Shown: positions 20,014 to 29,338, counted from the first letter of the stretch. The stretch: DNA of 64,000 bases from an uncultured delta proteobacterium (GCA_963716325.1 CAVQTH010000045.1:1505-65504); one strand, 5' to 3'. Numbers and translations are program-made. Notes: generated by a model from the sequence alone, not told the origin.

Positions 20014-21510
20014 ATGGCCTTGGCTTCAGCGATGAGTTCACGGCTTCGAAAATGGCGTCACGGCGCCAGCTGCCTGCTGGCAGTCGGTGCTGGCCTGGCT
20101 CTGTGCGACGGCTGCATGGTCGGCCCGAACTACCATCCGCCGGCGGCAGCGGTCCCGGACCGCTGGGCCGGGCCGATTCCCGACCCCGCGGCGGTGCCGC
20201 CCGGAATCGACCTGGCGCAATGGTGGACGGTCTTCGACGACCCGACCCTGACCTCGCTCGAAGAACGCGCCGTCCGGTCCAACCTGGATTTGAAACAGTC
20301 CGAAGCCCGCATCCGCCAGGCGCGCGCGGCACGGGGTATCGCAGCAAGCGGTCTCGGCCCCACGGTGGACGGCACCGGCGCCGTTCAACGCAGCCGGAAT
20401 CCGGGCCGGAATTCCGGCTGGACGGACGGGGAAACCCGCGGGGTGGTCTCCAACTCCTACGATGCCGGCTTCGACGCCGGCTGGGAGGTGGACATCTTCG
20501 GCGGCATCCGGCGCAACATCGAGGCCGCCGATGCCGATCTGCTATCCGCCGTCGAGAATCGCCGGGACGTCCTGGTGATATTGACGGCCGAAGTGGCGCG
20601 CAATTACATCGAACTGCGCGCCTTCCAGCAGCGGATCGAAATCGCGCGGCAGAACCTGGCGACCCAGGAGCACAGCGCCCGGCTGACCCGGCAGCGGTTC
20701 GAGGGCGGGTTTGTGAGCGGCCTGGACGTCGCCACCGCCAACGCCCAGGTGGCGACCACGGCCTCCCAGATCCCCTTTCTGGAGTCGGCGGCCCGCCAGT
20801 CCATCTATGCCCTCGGCATCCTGCTGGGCCGGGAGCCGGCCGACCTGGTCCCCGAGCTGGCACCCGCATCCCCCATCCCGGCCGCGCCGCCAGCGGCGCC
20901 GGCCGGCGTGCCCTCGGATCTGCTGCGCCGGCGGCCGGACATCCGCCAGGCCGAGGCCGACATTCATGCGGCCACGGCGCGTATCGGCGTCGTGACGGCC
21001 GATCTCTTCCCCCGGTTCACGATCACCGGCTCGGCGGGGGTGCGCTCCGGTGATCTCAGTTCCTGGCTGAGCTATGCCCAGCGGTTCTGGTCCTTCGGAC
21101 CTTCGGCCAGCTGGCGGGTGTTCGACACGGGCCGCACGCGCTCGGCCATTGAGCAGCAGGAGGCCCTGCAGGAGCAGACGCTCATTGCCTACCAGCAGAC
21201 CTTGCTCCGTGCGTTACAGGAGGTCGAAAACGCCCTCATCGCCTCCGCGATGGAACAGGAGCGCCGCGAGTCGCTCATCAGCGCCGTCACCGCCAATCGC
21301 AAAGCCGTCAGCCTGTCGAAAACGCTATACACCCAGGGACAGACGGACTTTCTCAGCGTGCTCGACGCACAGCGGTCTCTTTTTGTAACCGAGGAGGCGC
21401 TGGTCCTGAGCACCAGCGCCGTTTCAACAGACCTGGTGGCGCTGTACAAGGCGTTGGGGGGAGGTTGGAGCGAGGATTCGGGCGACGGGCGAGGTTCCCA
21501 GCCGAACTGA
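20014..21510 (+). CDS. Efflux outer membrane factor lipoprotein (NodT/TolC family)
   Basis: 498 aa. Lipobox LALC, two OEP repeats and PDIRQAEADIHAA. Confidence 0.88.
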   Translation: MALASAMSSRLRKWRHGASCLLAVGAGLALCDGCMVGPNYHPPAAAVPDRWAGPIPDPAAVPPGIDLAQWWTVFDDPTLTSLEERAVRSNLDLKQSEARIRQARAARGIAASGLGPTVDGTGAVQRSRNPGRNSGWTDGETRGVVSNSYDAGFDAGWEVDIFGGIRRNIEAADADLLSAVENRRDVLVILTAEVARNYIELRAFQQRIEIARQNLATQEHSARLTRQRFEGGFVSGLDVATANAQVATTASQIPFLESAARQSIYALGILLGREPADLVPELAPASPIPAAPPAAPAGVPSDLLRRRPDIRQAEADIHAATARIGVVTADLFPRFTITGSAGVRSGDLSSWLSYAQRFWSFGPSASWRVFDTGRTRSAIEQQEALQEQTLIAYQQTLLRALQEVENALIASAMEQERRESLISAVTANRKAVSLSKTLYTQGQTDFLSVLDAQRSLFVTEEALVLSTSAVSTDLVALYKALGGGWSEDSGDGRGSQPN

Positions 21511-21609
21511 AGGGTTTAGATTCGCACTATTATTAATATTCGATGTTTGTTAATGCACATTGCGTTGGACAACCTAAGAATCGTCTATCGCTGCGATGTT
21601 GATTCAGCT

Positions 21610-22422
21610 CTACGGCCCCCGCTTTTTGAGGACATAATCAATCACAGAAGCCGGATCCGGTTCTTCGGGCGAGGTCCTGGCATCTGTATTTTCAACAGCC
21701 GGCGTTTCGGAATAACTTGTTCCATCTATTTGAAAATCGTCGCCTGGAGCCCCATCCGCTATTTTGTCATCATTCGTGGAAGACGCGAGGTTCCTGGCTG
21801 CTTCTTGTGTCTCAACCGGATCGAATGCGGGCTGGGTATCTCCAATGACGGCCTTCTCCTTGGACAGCATCGCACTCTGATCTTCCATTCCGTTATCGGG
21901 CAAAGTTGATAGGTGTTCGTTGCCAACTAAAGTCGGCATTTTTTTGATAACCATTGTAACTGTCTTTTGAACGACCTCGCCGCTTTTATCTCTTGCAACT
22001 TCAGAAAACCAATCAACAAAATAGAAAAAAATGCTCCCTACCAGAACGAATGCCACTGTGCTTTTGAGGAATGACTTTAATGCATGATCGCGATGAAAAC
22101 GCTTTCTCTCGGGCGAGCCTTGACCAATTAGCACCTTCGGTGTTTTAGTATCAGTGGAACTCGCCCCCCAGGACTTTTCAGTTAAGTTACTTCCATCAAC
22201 CGAGAGTTCCCGGGTTGCTTTAGTGTCACCGCAGTTCATTTCCGACTCGATAACCTGGATTTGCTTTTTAATAGAGGATTTGGTTGCCGGATCAATGTTG
22301 GCCGAGCGGGCAATATACTTGGCATAGAGCCCCAGCGCCTCTCGATGCAATCCCTGCGAGCGGTAGAGGTCTGCTTCCTTACGGATTAATGCAAAACCAA
22401 TTTTCATGGGAATGACTGCCAA
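21610..22422 (-). CDS. Hypothetical membrane protein (TPR-like N-terminus, one TM, acidic C-tail)
   Basis: 270-aa ORF in a visibly lower-GC stretch with one hydrophobic segment, VAFVLVGSIFFYFVDWF. No recognisable catalytic motif. The start is uncertain (TTG 22422 or ATG 22407). Confidence 0.5.
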   Translation of the reverse strand: MAVIPMKIGFALIRKEADLYRSQGLHREALGLYAKYIARSANIDPATKSSIKKQIQVIESEMNCGDTKATRELSVDGSNLTEKSWGASSTDTKTPKVLIGQGSPERKRFHRDHALKSFLKSTVAFVLVGSIFFYFVDWFSEVARDKSGEVVQKTVTMVIKKMPTLVGNEHLSTLPDNGMEDQSAMLSKEKAVIGDTQPAFDPVETQEAARNLASSTNDDKIADGAPGDDFQIDGTSYSETPAVENTDARTSPEEPDPASVIDYVLKKRGP

Positions 22423-22943
22423 GATGTCAGTCAGGAGCTTCCCGGGGGTAACCGGGAGGCGTTTCTGCCTGTGAATATAATTTTGGTGAATTGCCCATTA
22501 AGGGATCCCATGAACCGATGAAAAACATCCAGGCCAAAGGGGTTTATGTTCTTCAGGCCATGAGTGCAATGGTTCAACGGTTTCCTTTGAAAGGAGGCTC
22601 GATGACTCCATCGCGTCGCAAGGCTCTCGATGACGGCTGTTTCGGGGCGTTGACCGGTCTTGGATAAGGCAGGGATGCGGAGTGTGTAATGCGTGATACC
22701 CGGAAGGCATGTCATAAACCTACGGAATCGAGAGTGTGGAGGAAAGACCCCCGTTCAATTCCGAAGGTTTTCCTCATCGACGCCTACGAGGTTAGCTGAA
22801 GGGCTAGGACCGAAGAGGTTATCCCCCGCCAATTGGCGATACGCCCCAAAAACGTGGGTCCCCCGTTCTCGACGGTTGCCGAGATTAGGCAGAAACATAA
22901 ATAGTCTACATGAAAATTTTTGTCAAGCACCTCGGATGATCTG

Positions 22944-23025
22944 TTGAAAACCTGTATGGATGAAACAGAACTGGGGCAGCGAGCACATGCCAGAGTTTCG
23001 ATCAGGAAAGGTGAAAAATTTCAGA
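22944..23025 (+). repeat. Dispersed repeat, copy A (partly deleted hairpin arm)
   Basis: ttgaaaacctgtatggatgAaacagaactggggcagcgagcAcat...tttcgatcaggaaag..aaaaatttcaga, aligned by eye to 28457-28561. Confidence 0.7.
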
Positions 23026-23036
23026 ATTGGACACTT

Positions 23037-25838
23037 TCAGTGTTCAAATTCATCAACCAACTTCAAAATCCCATCAAAATCAAAATCGTCGGCCAGTCGG
23101 GCCACCCTGGCTGCGTAAGGAGCGAAGACTTCGGATTTGGCGGTAAGCTCGCTGCAGATGATCGCAAGCCCCGACACGTCCCCCAGTTCGGTCACCTCCC
23201 GCAGGCGGGTGGCCGCTTCCTTTGCCAGCGCAGGCGGGAGAGAGCCGGCGGCCGGCTTCGCAGGGGCCGCCGGCTCCGCGGCGGCGGGCATCAAGGATGC
23301 TACGGCACCCAGCGCCCGGCCCAGCGATCCCTCGAAGGCCTCGAAAGCCGGGTTCAACTCATCTGCCGGCGGCGGGCTGGCGGGGTCGGCGTGCTTGACG
23401 AGTTTTTCCAACGCCACCGACTGCTGCTGCAGGTCCTTGGCCGCCAGGTTGCCGGCGACCCCTTTGATGGCGTGCACCAGCCCGTGGACTCGCTCGAAGT
23501 CGACGGCGTCAAGTGCTTTGCGGATGTCCGCCCCAGCCTGGGCATACTGGGTTGCGAAATTCACCAGCAGCTTGCAGTAAAGCGCTCGGTTGCCCATGAG
23601 CCGCTGCAACCCATCGGTCAGATCGAACTCAGGCATTTCGTCCGGAAGCTTTTTTTCCTGAAGCGCGGGCGCTTTGGCCTGCAGACCGGTTGCGGCCGGA
23701 GAAGCCTCGGCCGGTTTTTGCACCGCATCCCGGGGGCCGATCCATTTTGCCAGGGTTCCGAAGAGCTTCACCGGGTCGATAGGCTTGGTGATGTGGTCGT
23801 TCATGCCGGCTGCGATGCTCTTCTCATGGTCGCCGGACATGGCGTGGGCGGTCATGGCGATGATGGGGAGGCGCCAGATGGGAGCTTGGAGGTTGGAGGT
23901 TGGAGGCCGTTTGGCTTCCAACTCTCTAATTTTTCTGGTGGCCGTGTAGCCGTCCATCACAGGCATCTGCACGTCCATCAGCAACGCATCGAAAGTATTG
24001 GCACAGACCAAGTCCAGCGCCTCTTGCCCGTTGCTGGCAATGCTCACCACCAATCCCGCTTGCTCCAGAATTTCCTTGGCCACTTGCTGGTTGATCTCAT
24101 TGTCCTCCGCCAGCAATACCCTTGCCCCGCGAATCTTTCGCAGCTCTTCCTCGTCACTGCCCATCACCCGGGCCACAGCCTCATCCTCTAAAGCTTCCTT
24201 CCCAAAAGCAACCATGATCGCGTCAAAAAGCACGGACTGGCCCACAGGCTTTAAAAGAAAGCCGTCCACCCCCACCTTCTCGGATCGCTGCATGACCTCC
24301 TCACGACCATAGGCCGTCGCGATGATAATCTTGGGCTTCCGAGGGAGGCTCGGATGCCTCTTGATCACCTCGGACGCTTTGATCCCGTCCATACCAGGCA
24401 TTTTCCAGTCCATGACCACCAGTTTATAGGGGCGGACGTTGGCATCCTTCTCCAGCTCTGCTATACCCTCCTCGGCAGAGGCTGCCACCGTCACCTCGAA
24501 ACTCATGCTTTCGAGCAGAGCCTGGAGAATCTCCCTGGATGACGCATTGTCGTCCACCACCAGAACCCGCATCCCCCTCAGATCCACGGACGGCTCCAGG
24601 CGCCTCCTGGCCACCTTCCTCGCTAAACCGAATTTTGCCGTGAATATGAACTCGCTCCCCTTTCCTGGCTCGCTCTCAACCCAGATCTCCCCTCCCATCA
24701 TGTTGACTAACCGCTTGGAGATTGTCAGCCCGAGACCGGTCCCTCCGTATTTTCTCGTGGTGGACGTGTCTGCCTGGCTAAAGGCCTGAAACAGTTTCCC
24801 CTTCTGCTCTTCGGTCAGGCCGACCCCGGTGTCGCGAACACAAAACCGGAGCGTGACCGATTCCTCCTCTTTCTCCACCGCCCTGGTGGAAATGACGATC
24901 TCACCCTCGTGTGTGAATTTCACCGCGTTGTTGCACAGGTTGATCAAAACCTGCCCCAGCCTCAACGGGTCGCCCACCAGCGCCATGGGCACGTCGTGAG
25001 GAGTATTCATCAAGAACTCCAGCTTTTTCTCATGGACCTTCACTCCCACCACCGTGGATACATTGTCCAGAACCTCGTCCAAGCTGAAATCCACGGATTC
25101 CATCTGCATCTTCCCCGCTTCGATCTTGGAGAAATCCAGGATGTCATTGATGATCCCCAGAAGGGAATGGGCGGAACGCTGGATCTTTTTCACGTAGTCC
25201 GCCTGCTTGGGAGTCAGATGGGTCTGAAGGGCCAGGTGGGCCATCCCGATCACCGCATTCATCGGTGTCCTGATCTCGTGGCTCATGTTGGCGAGGAAAT
25301 CGGACTTGGATTTGGTGGCGGATTCAGCCTCCTTCCTGGCCTCTTCGAGATCCTCCATGATATTGAGCATGGCCCTTCTCGCCCTGGCCAGTTCACCCAC
25401 CCGATCATGAAGCGCCTGTGTTGCTTTTTCGCGCTCCTGGAAGGACATTTTCAACTGCTGGGTCATGCTGTTGAAAGCCTCTGAGAACTCCCCCATGAAA
25501 TTGACGCTGTGGTCGAACTCCCCCTTGGCGATCTGCTGGGTCGTCCAGGTGAGATTTCGCAAGCTGGCCTGGAGGCTCTTGAGAGACTGAATGACCCTCA
25601 TCCTCCCCTTGGGGGCTTCGAACTGAATATCGCCTCTCGACAGGGAGTACATCTGTTCGCTTATGCCGTTGTATTCATCGATAAACTGATTGATGAATCC
25701 GACCGTCTGCTTGAGTTCATTGTCGGGGTGATCTTCAGGCAGATGAACGGCGTTCGGCTTCTTGCCCTTCAAAATCGAATGGAAGACTTCCGAGATCTGA
25801 TCGAGGTATTTCTCTTCGACGTTGAGCATTTCTATCAA
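23037..25838 (-). CDS. Soluble hybrid sensor histidine kinase (HAMP-like, HisKA, HATPase_c, two REC, Hpt)
   Basis: 933 aa. H-box [15 protein letters not shown]-boxes [10 protein letters not shown], two receiver domains ([17 protein letters not shown] and [17 protein letters not shown]) and a C-terminal Hpt ([10 protein letters not shown]). No TM segment. Confidence 0.92.
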   Translation of the reverse strand: MIEMLNVEEKYLDQISEVFHSILKGKKPNAVHLPEDHPDNELKQTVGFINQFIDEYNGISEQMYSLSRGDIQFEAPKGRMRVIQSLKSLQASLRNLTWTTQQIAKGEFDHSVNFMGEFSEAFNSMTQQLKMSFQEREKATQALHDRVGELARARRAMLNIMEDLEEARKEAESATKSKSDFLANMSHEIRTPMNAVIGMAHLALQTHLTPKQADYVKKIQRSAHSLLGIINDILDFSKIEAGKMQMESVDFSLDEVLDNVSTVVGVKVHEKKLEFLMNTPHDVPMALVGDPLRLGQVLINLCNNAVKFTHEGEIVISTRAVEKEEESVTLRFCVRDTGVGLTEEQKGKLFQAFSQADTSTTRKYGGTGLGLTISKRLVNMMGGEIWVESEPGKGSEFIFTAKFGLARKVARRRLEPSVDLRGMRVLVVDDNASSREILQALLESMSFEVTVAASAEEGIAELEKDANVRPYKLVVMDWKMPGMDGIKASEVIKRHPSLPRKPKIIIATAYGREEVMQRSEKVGVDGFLLKPVGQSVLFDAIMVAFGKEALEDEAVARVMGSDEEELRKIRGARVLLAEDNEINQQVAKEILEQAGLVVSIASNGQEALDLVCANTFDALLMDVQMPVMDGYTATRKIRELEAKRPPTSNLQAPIWRLPIIAMTAHAMSGDHEKSIAAGMNDHITKPIDPVKLFGTLAKWIGPRDAVQKPAEASPAATGLQAKAPALQEKKLPDEMPEFDLTDGLQRLMGNRALYCKLLVNFATQYAQAGADIRKALDAVDFERVHGLVHAIKGVAGNLAAKDLQQQSVALEKLVKHADPASPPPADELNPAFEAFEGSLGRALGAVASLMPAAAEPAAPAKPAAGSLPPALAKEAATRLREVTELGDVSGLAIICSELTAKSEVFAPYAARVARLADDFDFDGILKLVDEFEH

Positions 25839-26368
25839 TCTTTTCCAGCCTGTTTCACATCAAAACGGCAGACCCTGTCCCCTGAACACCAGCAATCGAC
25901 TTCCTTGACGTCGAACTCGCGTCCGGTATACTCCGAAAGCAATCCGCTGATGAAACCCTCATCGTAGGTGCAGATGGTTTCCTCGCACACCGGCAGACCT
26001 GAGCAATCCAGGTCTTCAGCGACCGTCAACGTAAAATTCAATTTCTCCAGATCCGCCTTCTCAATGCGCAATATCCCGATTTTCAGCTTGCTCAACAGTT
26101 CCTGGGTTTCCTGGACGAATCCGCTGAAGTCGTTTTTATTGTTGATCAGCTGCTTACAGAACTGCCGGCCCGCCAGTTCGCCGGCCTTGTAGTAAATCCG
26201 GTCGGCGGCTTCGGTTCCGAACTCCGTGATTAGAATATCCCTCAGGGTAAACTGCATGAGCCTGTAGACTGCCACATCCATGGTCGGTCCGAGGTTCGGG
26301 CGGCCCTCTCCCACATTTCCGATCATGCTCCAGTCGAACTGGGGTGCTTCTCTTTCTTCCTTGAACAT
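25835..26368 (-). CDS. V4R (4-vinyl reductase-type) small-molecule-binding domain protein
   Basis: 177 aa. C-terminal [37 protein letters not shown] matches the V4R pattern. Its stop overlaps the kinase start (ATGA). Confidence 0.7.
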   Translation of the reverse strand: MFKEEREAPQFDWSMIGNVGEGRPNLGPTMDVAVYRLMQFTLRDILITEFGTEAADRIYYKAGELAGRQFCKQLINNKNDFSGFVQETQELLSKLKIGILRIEKADLEKLNFTLTVAEDLDCSGLPVCEETICTYDEGFISGLLSEYTGREFDVKEVDCWCSGDRVCRFDVKQAGKD

Positions 26369-26389
26369 GTTGTCCTCCGCTTGCTGCTT

Positions 26390-27898
26390 CTATGATACGA
26401 TTTTATACCTCTTTTCTCCTCCCAGCTTCTCCGTCAGCCCATTAATCTCCTCCTTGAGCTGGATCATTCTTTCTTCCCGACCGATGACCAATCGTTTGAA
26501 CCGTTCCAGGTCTGCCACATACTCCTTTAAATCCGCTTCCGCTTTCTTCCTTTCTGTGATGTCGCGCACCGTAACCACCGCGAACCACTCGTTGTCGACT
26601 TGGAAGGGGGACAGGTTGCCCTCCACCGGAAAAGTCTGGCCCGTCCGATTGATGGCGGTAGTCTCCCGCGCGGCGCCGAAAAGGGCGCCCTGCCCGGTAG
26701 CGGCAAATTGCCGCATCCCCGTCTGGGCCTTCTCCCTGCCCGCTGCTGGAACTGCCATTTCGTAAAAATCCATGCCCATGGCTTCTGCGGCGGTGTAGCC
26801 GAACAGGTTCTCCGCCGCCTGGTTCCAGAACAGCACCTGGCCCCGGCCATCGATCATTACCATGGCATCATCCACCGCCTGGCTCATGGCCTTGATCTTG
26901 CGTTCGCTGCGCTCCTGTTCCCGGATGGCTCTCCCCAGGCGGCGATTCCACACAAGAACGAAGGCGATGATGGCCAGCAGGGCAGCACCAATCGGTCCGA
27001 CCATCCGCCAGTTGATGCCGGCCTCATACTTAAGGGCCAGCCACCGGTTTTTGATTTCCGCCGTTTCCTGGTCTGTGATGCTGTCCAGGGCTTTGTCCAG
27101 GGCCGAAGCCAGCAAAGGCCAGTCTTTCCTGACCCCGATTGCCAGGTCATGGGTGTAAGGGGTCGAAGCGGCGATTCTCAGGTTCGGCAGTCCCACCGTC
27201 TCGATGGTGTAGGCGACAGCACCGAGATTGTCGATAAAGGCGTCGCATTTTCCCGTGGCGAGCGCACGCAGGCCGGTCTCGATGTCAGGATAACGAACGA
27301 GGGACAACTCCGGATGGTCGCGTTCCAGGTTGGACTCGATGATCTGGCCTTTATTCACCCCCACCTTCAGCCCACGCAGATCATCCAGTCCCCCGGCCAG
27401 GCGATCCTTGCGCGTAACAATCACCGATGGGTAAGTGGTGTACGGCTTGGTGAAGATCAGAAACTTTTCCCGTGCCGCTGACGGCGTCACTTTAGGAATG
27501 ACATCGATATCGCCGACCTTGACCTTTTCCATGGCCTCGGTCCATTTCATCCCTGTCTGCGGAACAACTGCGATGCCAAGCCGTTGGGCGGCCGCCGCCA
27601 TGAACTCGGCACTGATTCCGGTATAGGCCCCTTTTTCATCGACATACTCGAAGGGCGGCCGGGCAACGTCCACACCCAGGCGGATGTCCCGGTGGCGGGC
27701 GAGCCACTCGCGCTCCTCGGCTGTGAGGCGGATGGCCGCAGCACCCTGGGTCTCGCCGGCCGGTGCGAGTTGTGCGTGAAGGGTCCCGTTGAAGAACGCC
27801 AGGAAGGCCACTATCAAGAAAGCGGCATTGCGTAAGCAGGCCGATGGTACTGGACGTGAACCGTTTCTTCGGTGCGGCGCAGAATCGACTGGCTGCAT
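26390..27898 (-). CDS. Membrane sensor: periplasmic SBP_bac_3 solute-binding domain, TM, PAS, coiled-coil; no output domain
   Basis: 502 aa. Family-3 solute-binding domain (IRLGVDVARPPFEYVDEKGAYTGISAEF), a TM segment (MVGPIGAALLAIIAFVLVW) and a PAS domain (VLFWNQAAENLFGYTAAEAMG). The protein ends after a coiled-coil. Confidence 0.8.
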   Translation of the reverse strand: MQPVDSAPHRRNGSRPVPSACLRNAAFLIVAFLAFFNGTLHAQLAPAGETQGAAAIRLTAEEREWLARHRDIRLGVDVARPPFEYVDEKGAYTGISAEFMAAAAQRLGIAVVPQTGMKWTEAMEKVKVGDIDVIPKVTPSAAREKFLIFTKPYTTYPSVIVTRKDRLAGGLDDLRGLKVGVNKGQIIESNLERDHPELSLVRYPDIETGLRALATGKCDAFIDNLGAVAYTIETVGLPNLRIAASTPYTHDLAIGVRKDWPLLASALDKALDSITDQETAEIKNRWLALKYEAGINWRMVGPIGAALLAIIAFVLVWNRRLGRAIREQERSERKIKAMSQAVDDAMVMIDGRGQVLFWNQAAENLFGYTAAEAMGMDFYEMAVPAAGREKAQTGMRQFAATGQGALFGAARETTAINRTGQTFPVEGNLSPFQVDNEWFAVVTVRDITERKKAEADLKEYVADLERFKRLVIGREERMIQLKEEINGLTEKLGGEKRYKIVS

Positions 27899-27986
27899 GA
27901 TCCAACCCCGTCAGGCAAAGGGTTCAAGTGATTTAGGGTTCGAGGGTAAACGAAAAACCCGGCCGCTGTTTCCTCGATGAACGCCA

Positions 27987-28109
27987 TCACCAGTTGTCAT
28001 TTATCATCAACTTCGGCATCCATCCGCGGTCGGCACCGTCGATTGACCCGATGGGTGACAGGACGAAGATGCCCGGACTTTTGATGGCGGTATTGACTTC
28101 AAGTGCCAT
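27987..28109 (-). pseudogene. 40-codon relic of a STAS-domain gene (paralogue of the N-terminus of the 38324-38689 protein)
   Basis: My translation is MALEVNTAIKSPGIFVLSPIGSIDGADRGWMPKLMINDNW*, compared with MALIVNTVIKRPGIFTVTPIGSIDTPGH in the full-length gene. It is preceded by AAGGAGGG and is too short to appear in the ORF track. Confidence 0.4.
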
Positions 28110-28254
28110 GTGCCCTCCTTGTATAGGCGTTTTTCGGTTTTTTGCTCTGATGTGAATTAGTTATGGCAATCTAACATTTTATGCAATGGCCTTAATTATC
28201 TGAACATACCGTCTAAGGTCAATGTTTTCCATCCCAAAATCAAGGAGGTGCCCT

Positions 28255-28659
28255 ATGAAGGTGTCCCAGGCAATCCAATCGTTTCGGGAATACCATCGGT
28301 TGAACTCGAAAAAAAATACGCTGAAGAACGATGAGATCATTTTTACCCGGTTTAAGGATGCATATGGCGACCGGCAGATTGATACCATGAAGCCGAGGAA
28401 TCGAATCATGCTGGAGCTTATGGCACGGGGCGGGATGAGAGTCGGAGAGGTGTGGATTGAAAACCTGTATGGATGTAACAGAACTGGGGCAGCGAGCTCA
28501 TACCCTGCCCCAGCCACCATGATTTTGAGAGATTCGGTCAGGAAAGCAAAAAATTTTCAGAGCCGAATGAGCGCATGTTCATTTCCGATACGCGTCAAGC
28601 AACCCAATTCTGCACCTTCAGACCAGGTATGCGTCGAAATTCTCGTTCGTTGTTGGTAA
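28255..28659 (+). pseudogene. Tyrosine recombinase/integrase relic (internal deletion and 3' truncation)
   Basis: MKVSQAIQSFREYHRLNSKKNTLKNDEIIFTRFKDAYGDRQID resembles an integrase N-terminal core-binding domain. It is joined directly to RNRIMLELMARGGMRVGEV (the box I Arg region). The ORF then runs into a dispersed repeat and antisense vapC with no catalytic H/R/Y region. Confidence 0.6.
28457..28561 (+). repeat. Dispersed repeat, copy B (intact 9-bp hairpin CTGGGGCAG/CTGCCCCAG at 28484-28513)
   Basis: ttgaaaacctgtatggatgTaacagaactggggcagcgagcTcat...ttcggtcaggaaagcaaaaaattttcaga. Confidence 0.7.
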
Positions 28660-29005
28660 CGATCGTAAGGTCTGCCGCTTTAGCGTGTGCGGCGATCCAT
28701 AAATCGTTGTTACCGACAGGCTGTCCATGGGCTTCAAGTGCTGCCCGGAATATCCCATATGTATTCCCTGCATTCTCTGGGATCGGCAGAACGGGAACAA
28801 AGGTCTTGAACTCTGCAAGCAACTGCAGAACCTTTTTACGCTGCTTGCTTTTCTCCGCACCGCACAGCAGCTCGCCCCATGTGATAACGGATATCGCTGC
28901 ATCGCCAGGCTCAAGTTTTTGGAAACGCTCCAATACGTTCCCGGGTCTTTGGCGTTGGATGAAGATGCAGATATTGGTATCCAGCAGAAAACGAGCCTTC
29001 ATCAC
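28595..29005 (-). CDS. vapC: Type II toxin VapC (PIN-domain ribonuclease)
   Basis: 136 aa. LLDTNICI (first acidic residue), WGEL and IAAHA...TNNEREF are PIN motifs. Overlaps the vapB stop by 4 nt. Confidence 0.9.
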   Translation of the reverse strand: MMKARFLLDTNICIFIQRQRPGNVLERFQKLEPGDAAISVITWGELLCGAEKSKQRKKVLQLLAEFKTFVPVLPIPENAGNTYGIFRAALEAHGQPVGNNDLWIAAHAKAADLTIVTNNEREFRRIPGLKVQNWVA

Positions 29006-29232
29006 AATCCCTCGCGATGCTGAGGCGGCGTATCCTGACGTCCTTCAGCAAGAAAATCATCGGGAAGTTCGGTCAACACTTCAAATGCTCGTCCCAGCCC
29101 CTTGCCTGGTTCCCGCAGCACGATTTCGTCGCCGCGGCGGAGAATCTCAAGTACTTTGCTTTTGACGGAGAATTCTTTCGGCAGTCTGACTGCCTGGCTA
29201 TTGCCTGATTTAAAAACTCGAGTTGTTGTCAC
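29002..29232 (-). CDS. vapB: Type II antitoxin VapB (AbrB/SpoVT family)
   Basis: 76 aa. TRVFKSGNSQAVRLPKEF is the SpoVT-AbrB swapped-hairpin motif. Confidence 0.88.
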   Translation of the reverse strand: MTTTRVFKSGNSQAVRLPKEFSVKSKVLEILRRGDEIVLREPGKGLGRAFEVLTELPDDFLAEGRQDTPPQHREGL

Positions 29233-29306
29233 AACAGCCTCCTTGCCATGTGGCGCGATCGCATTTCCTTAAACCATAGGCGACGCTTCCATTTCTGTAT
29301 ACACAT

Positions 29307-29338
29307 TTAAGTATATACTTAAGAATGAGAATTGTCAA
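29307..29338 (-). promoter_or_regulatory. vapBC promoter candidate with an overlapping 16-bp perfect palindrome (operator candidate)
   Basis: The minus strand reads TTGACA, a 17-nt spacer, then TATACT. The palindrome TTAAGTATATACTTAA (29307-29322) covers the -10. Confidence 0.6.

Noticed and set aside
19967-21053. Alternative-frame ORFs (300 aa on the minus strand, 333 aa on the plus strand) over the outer-membrane-factor gene
   Set aside because: Pro/Arg/Gly-rich shadow frames of the NodT-family gene. The same applies to 4462-5700, 5684-7030, 7185-8528, 10095-10817, 32215-33342, 33420-34565, 48503-49876 and 49695-51005.
22740-22775. Possible RNase P-like GGAGGAAAG motif and tRNA-like GTTCAATTCC
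   Set aside because: The flanking sequence does not form the required P4 or T-arm pairings, and no acceptor stem or CCA context is present. Coincidental.
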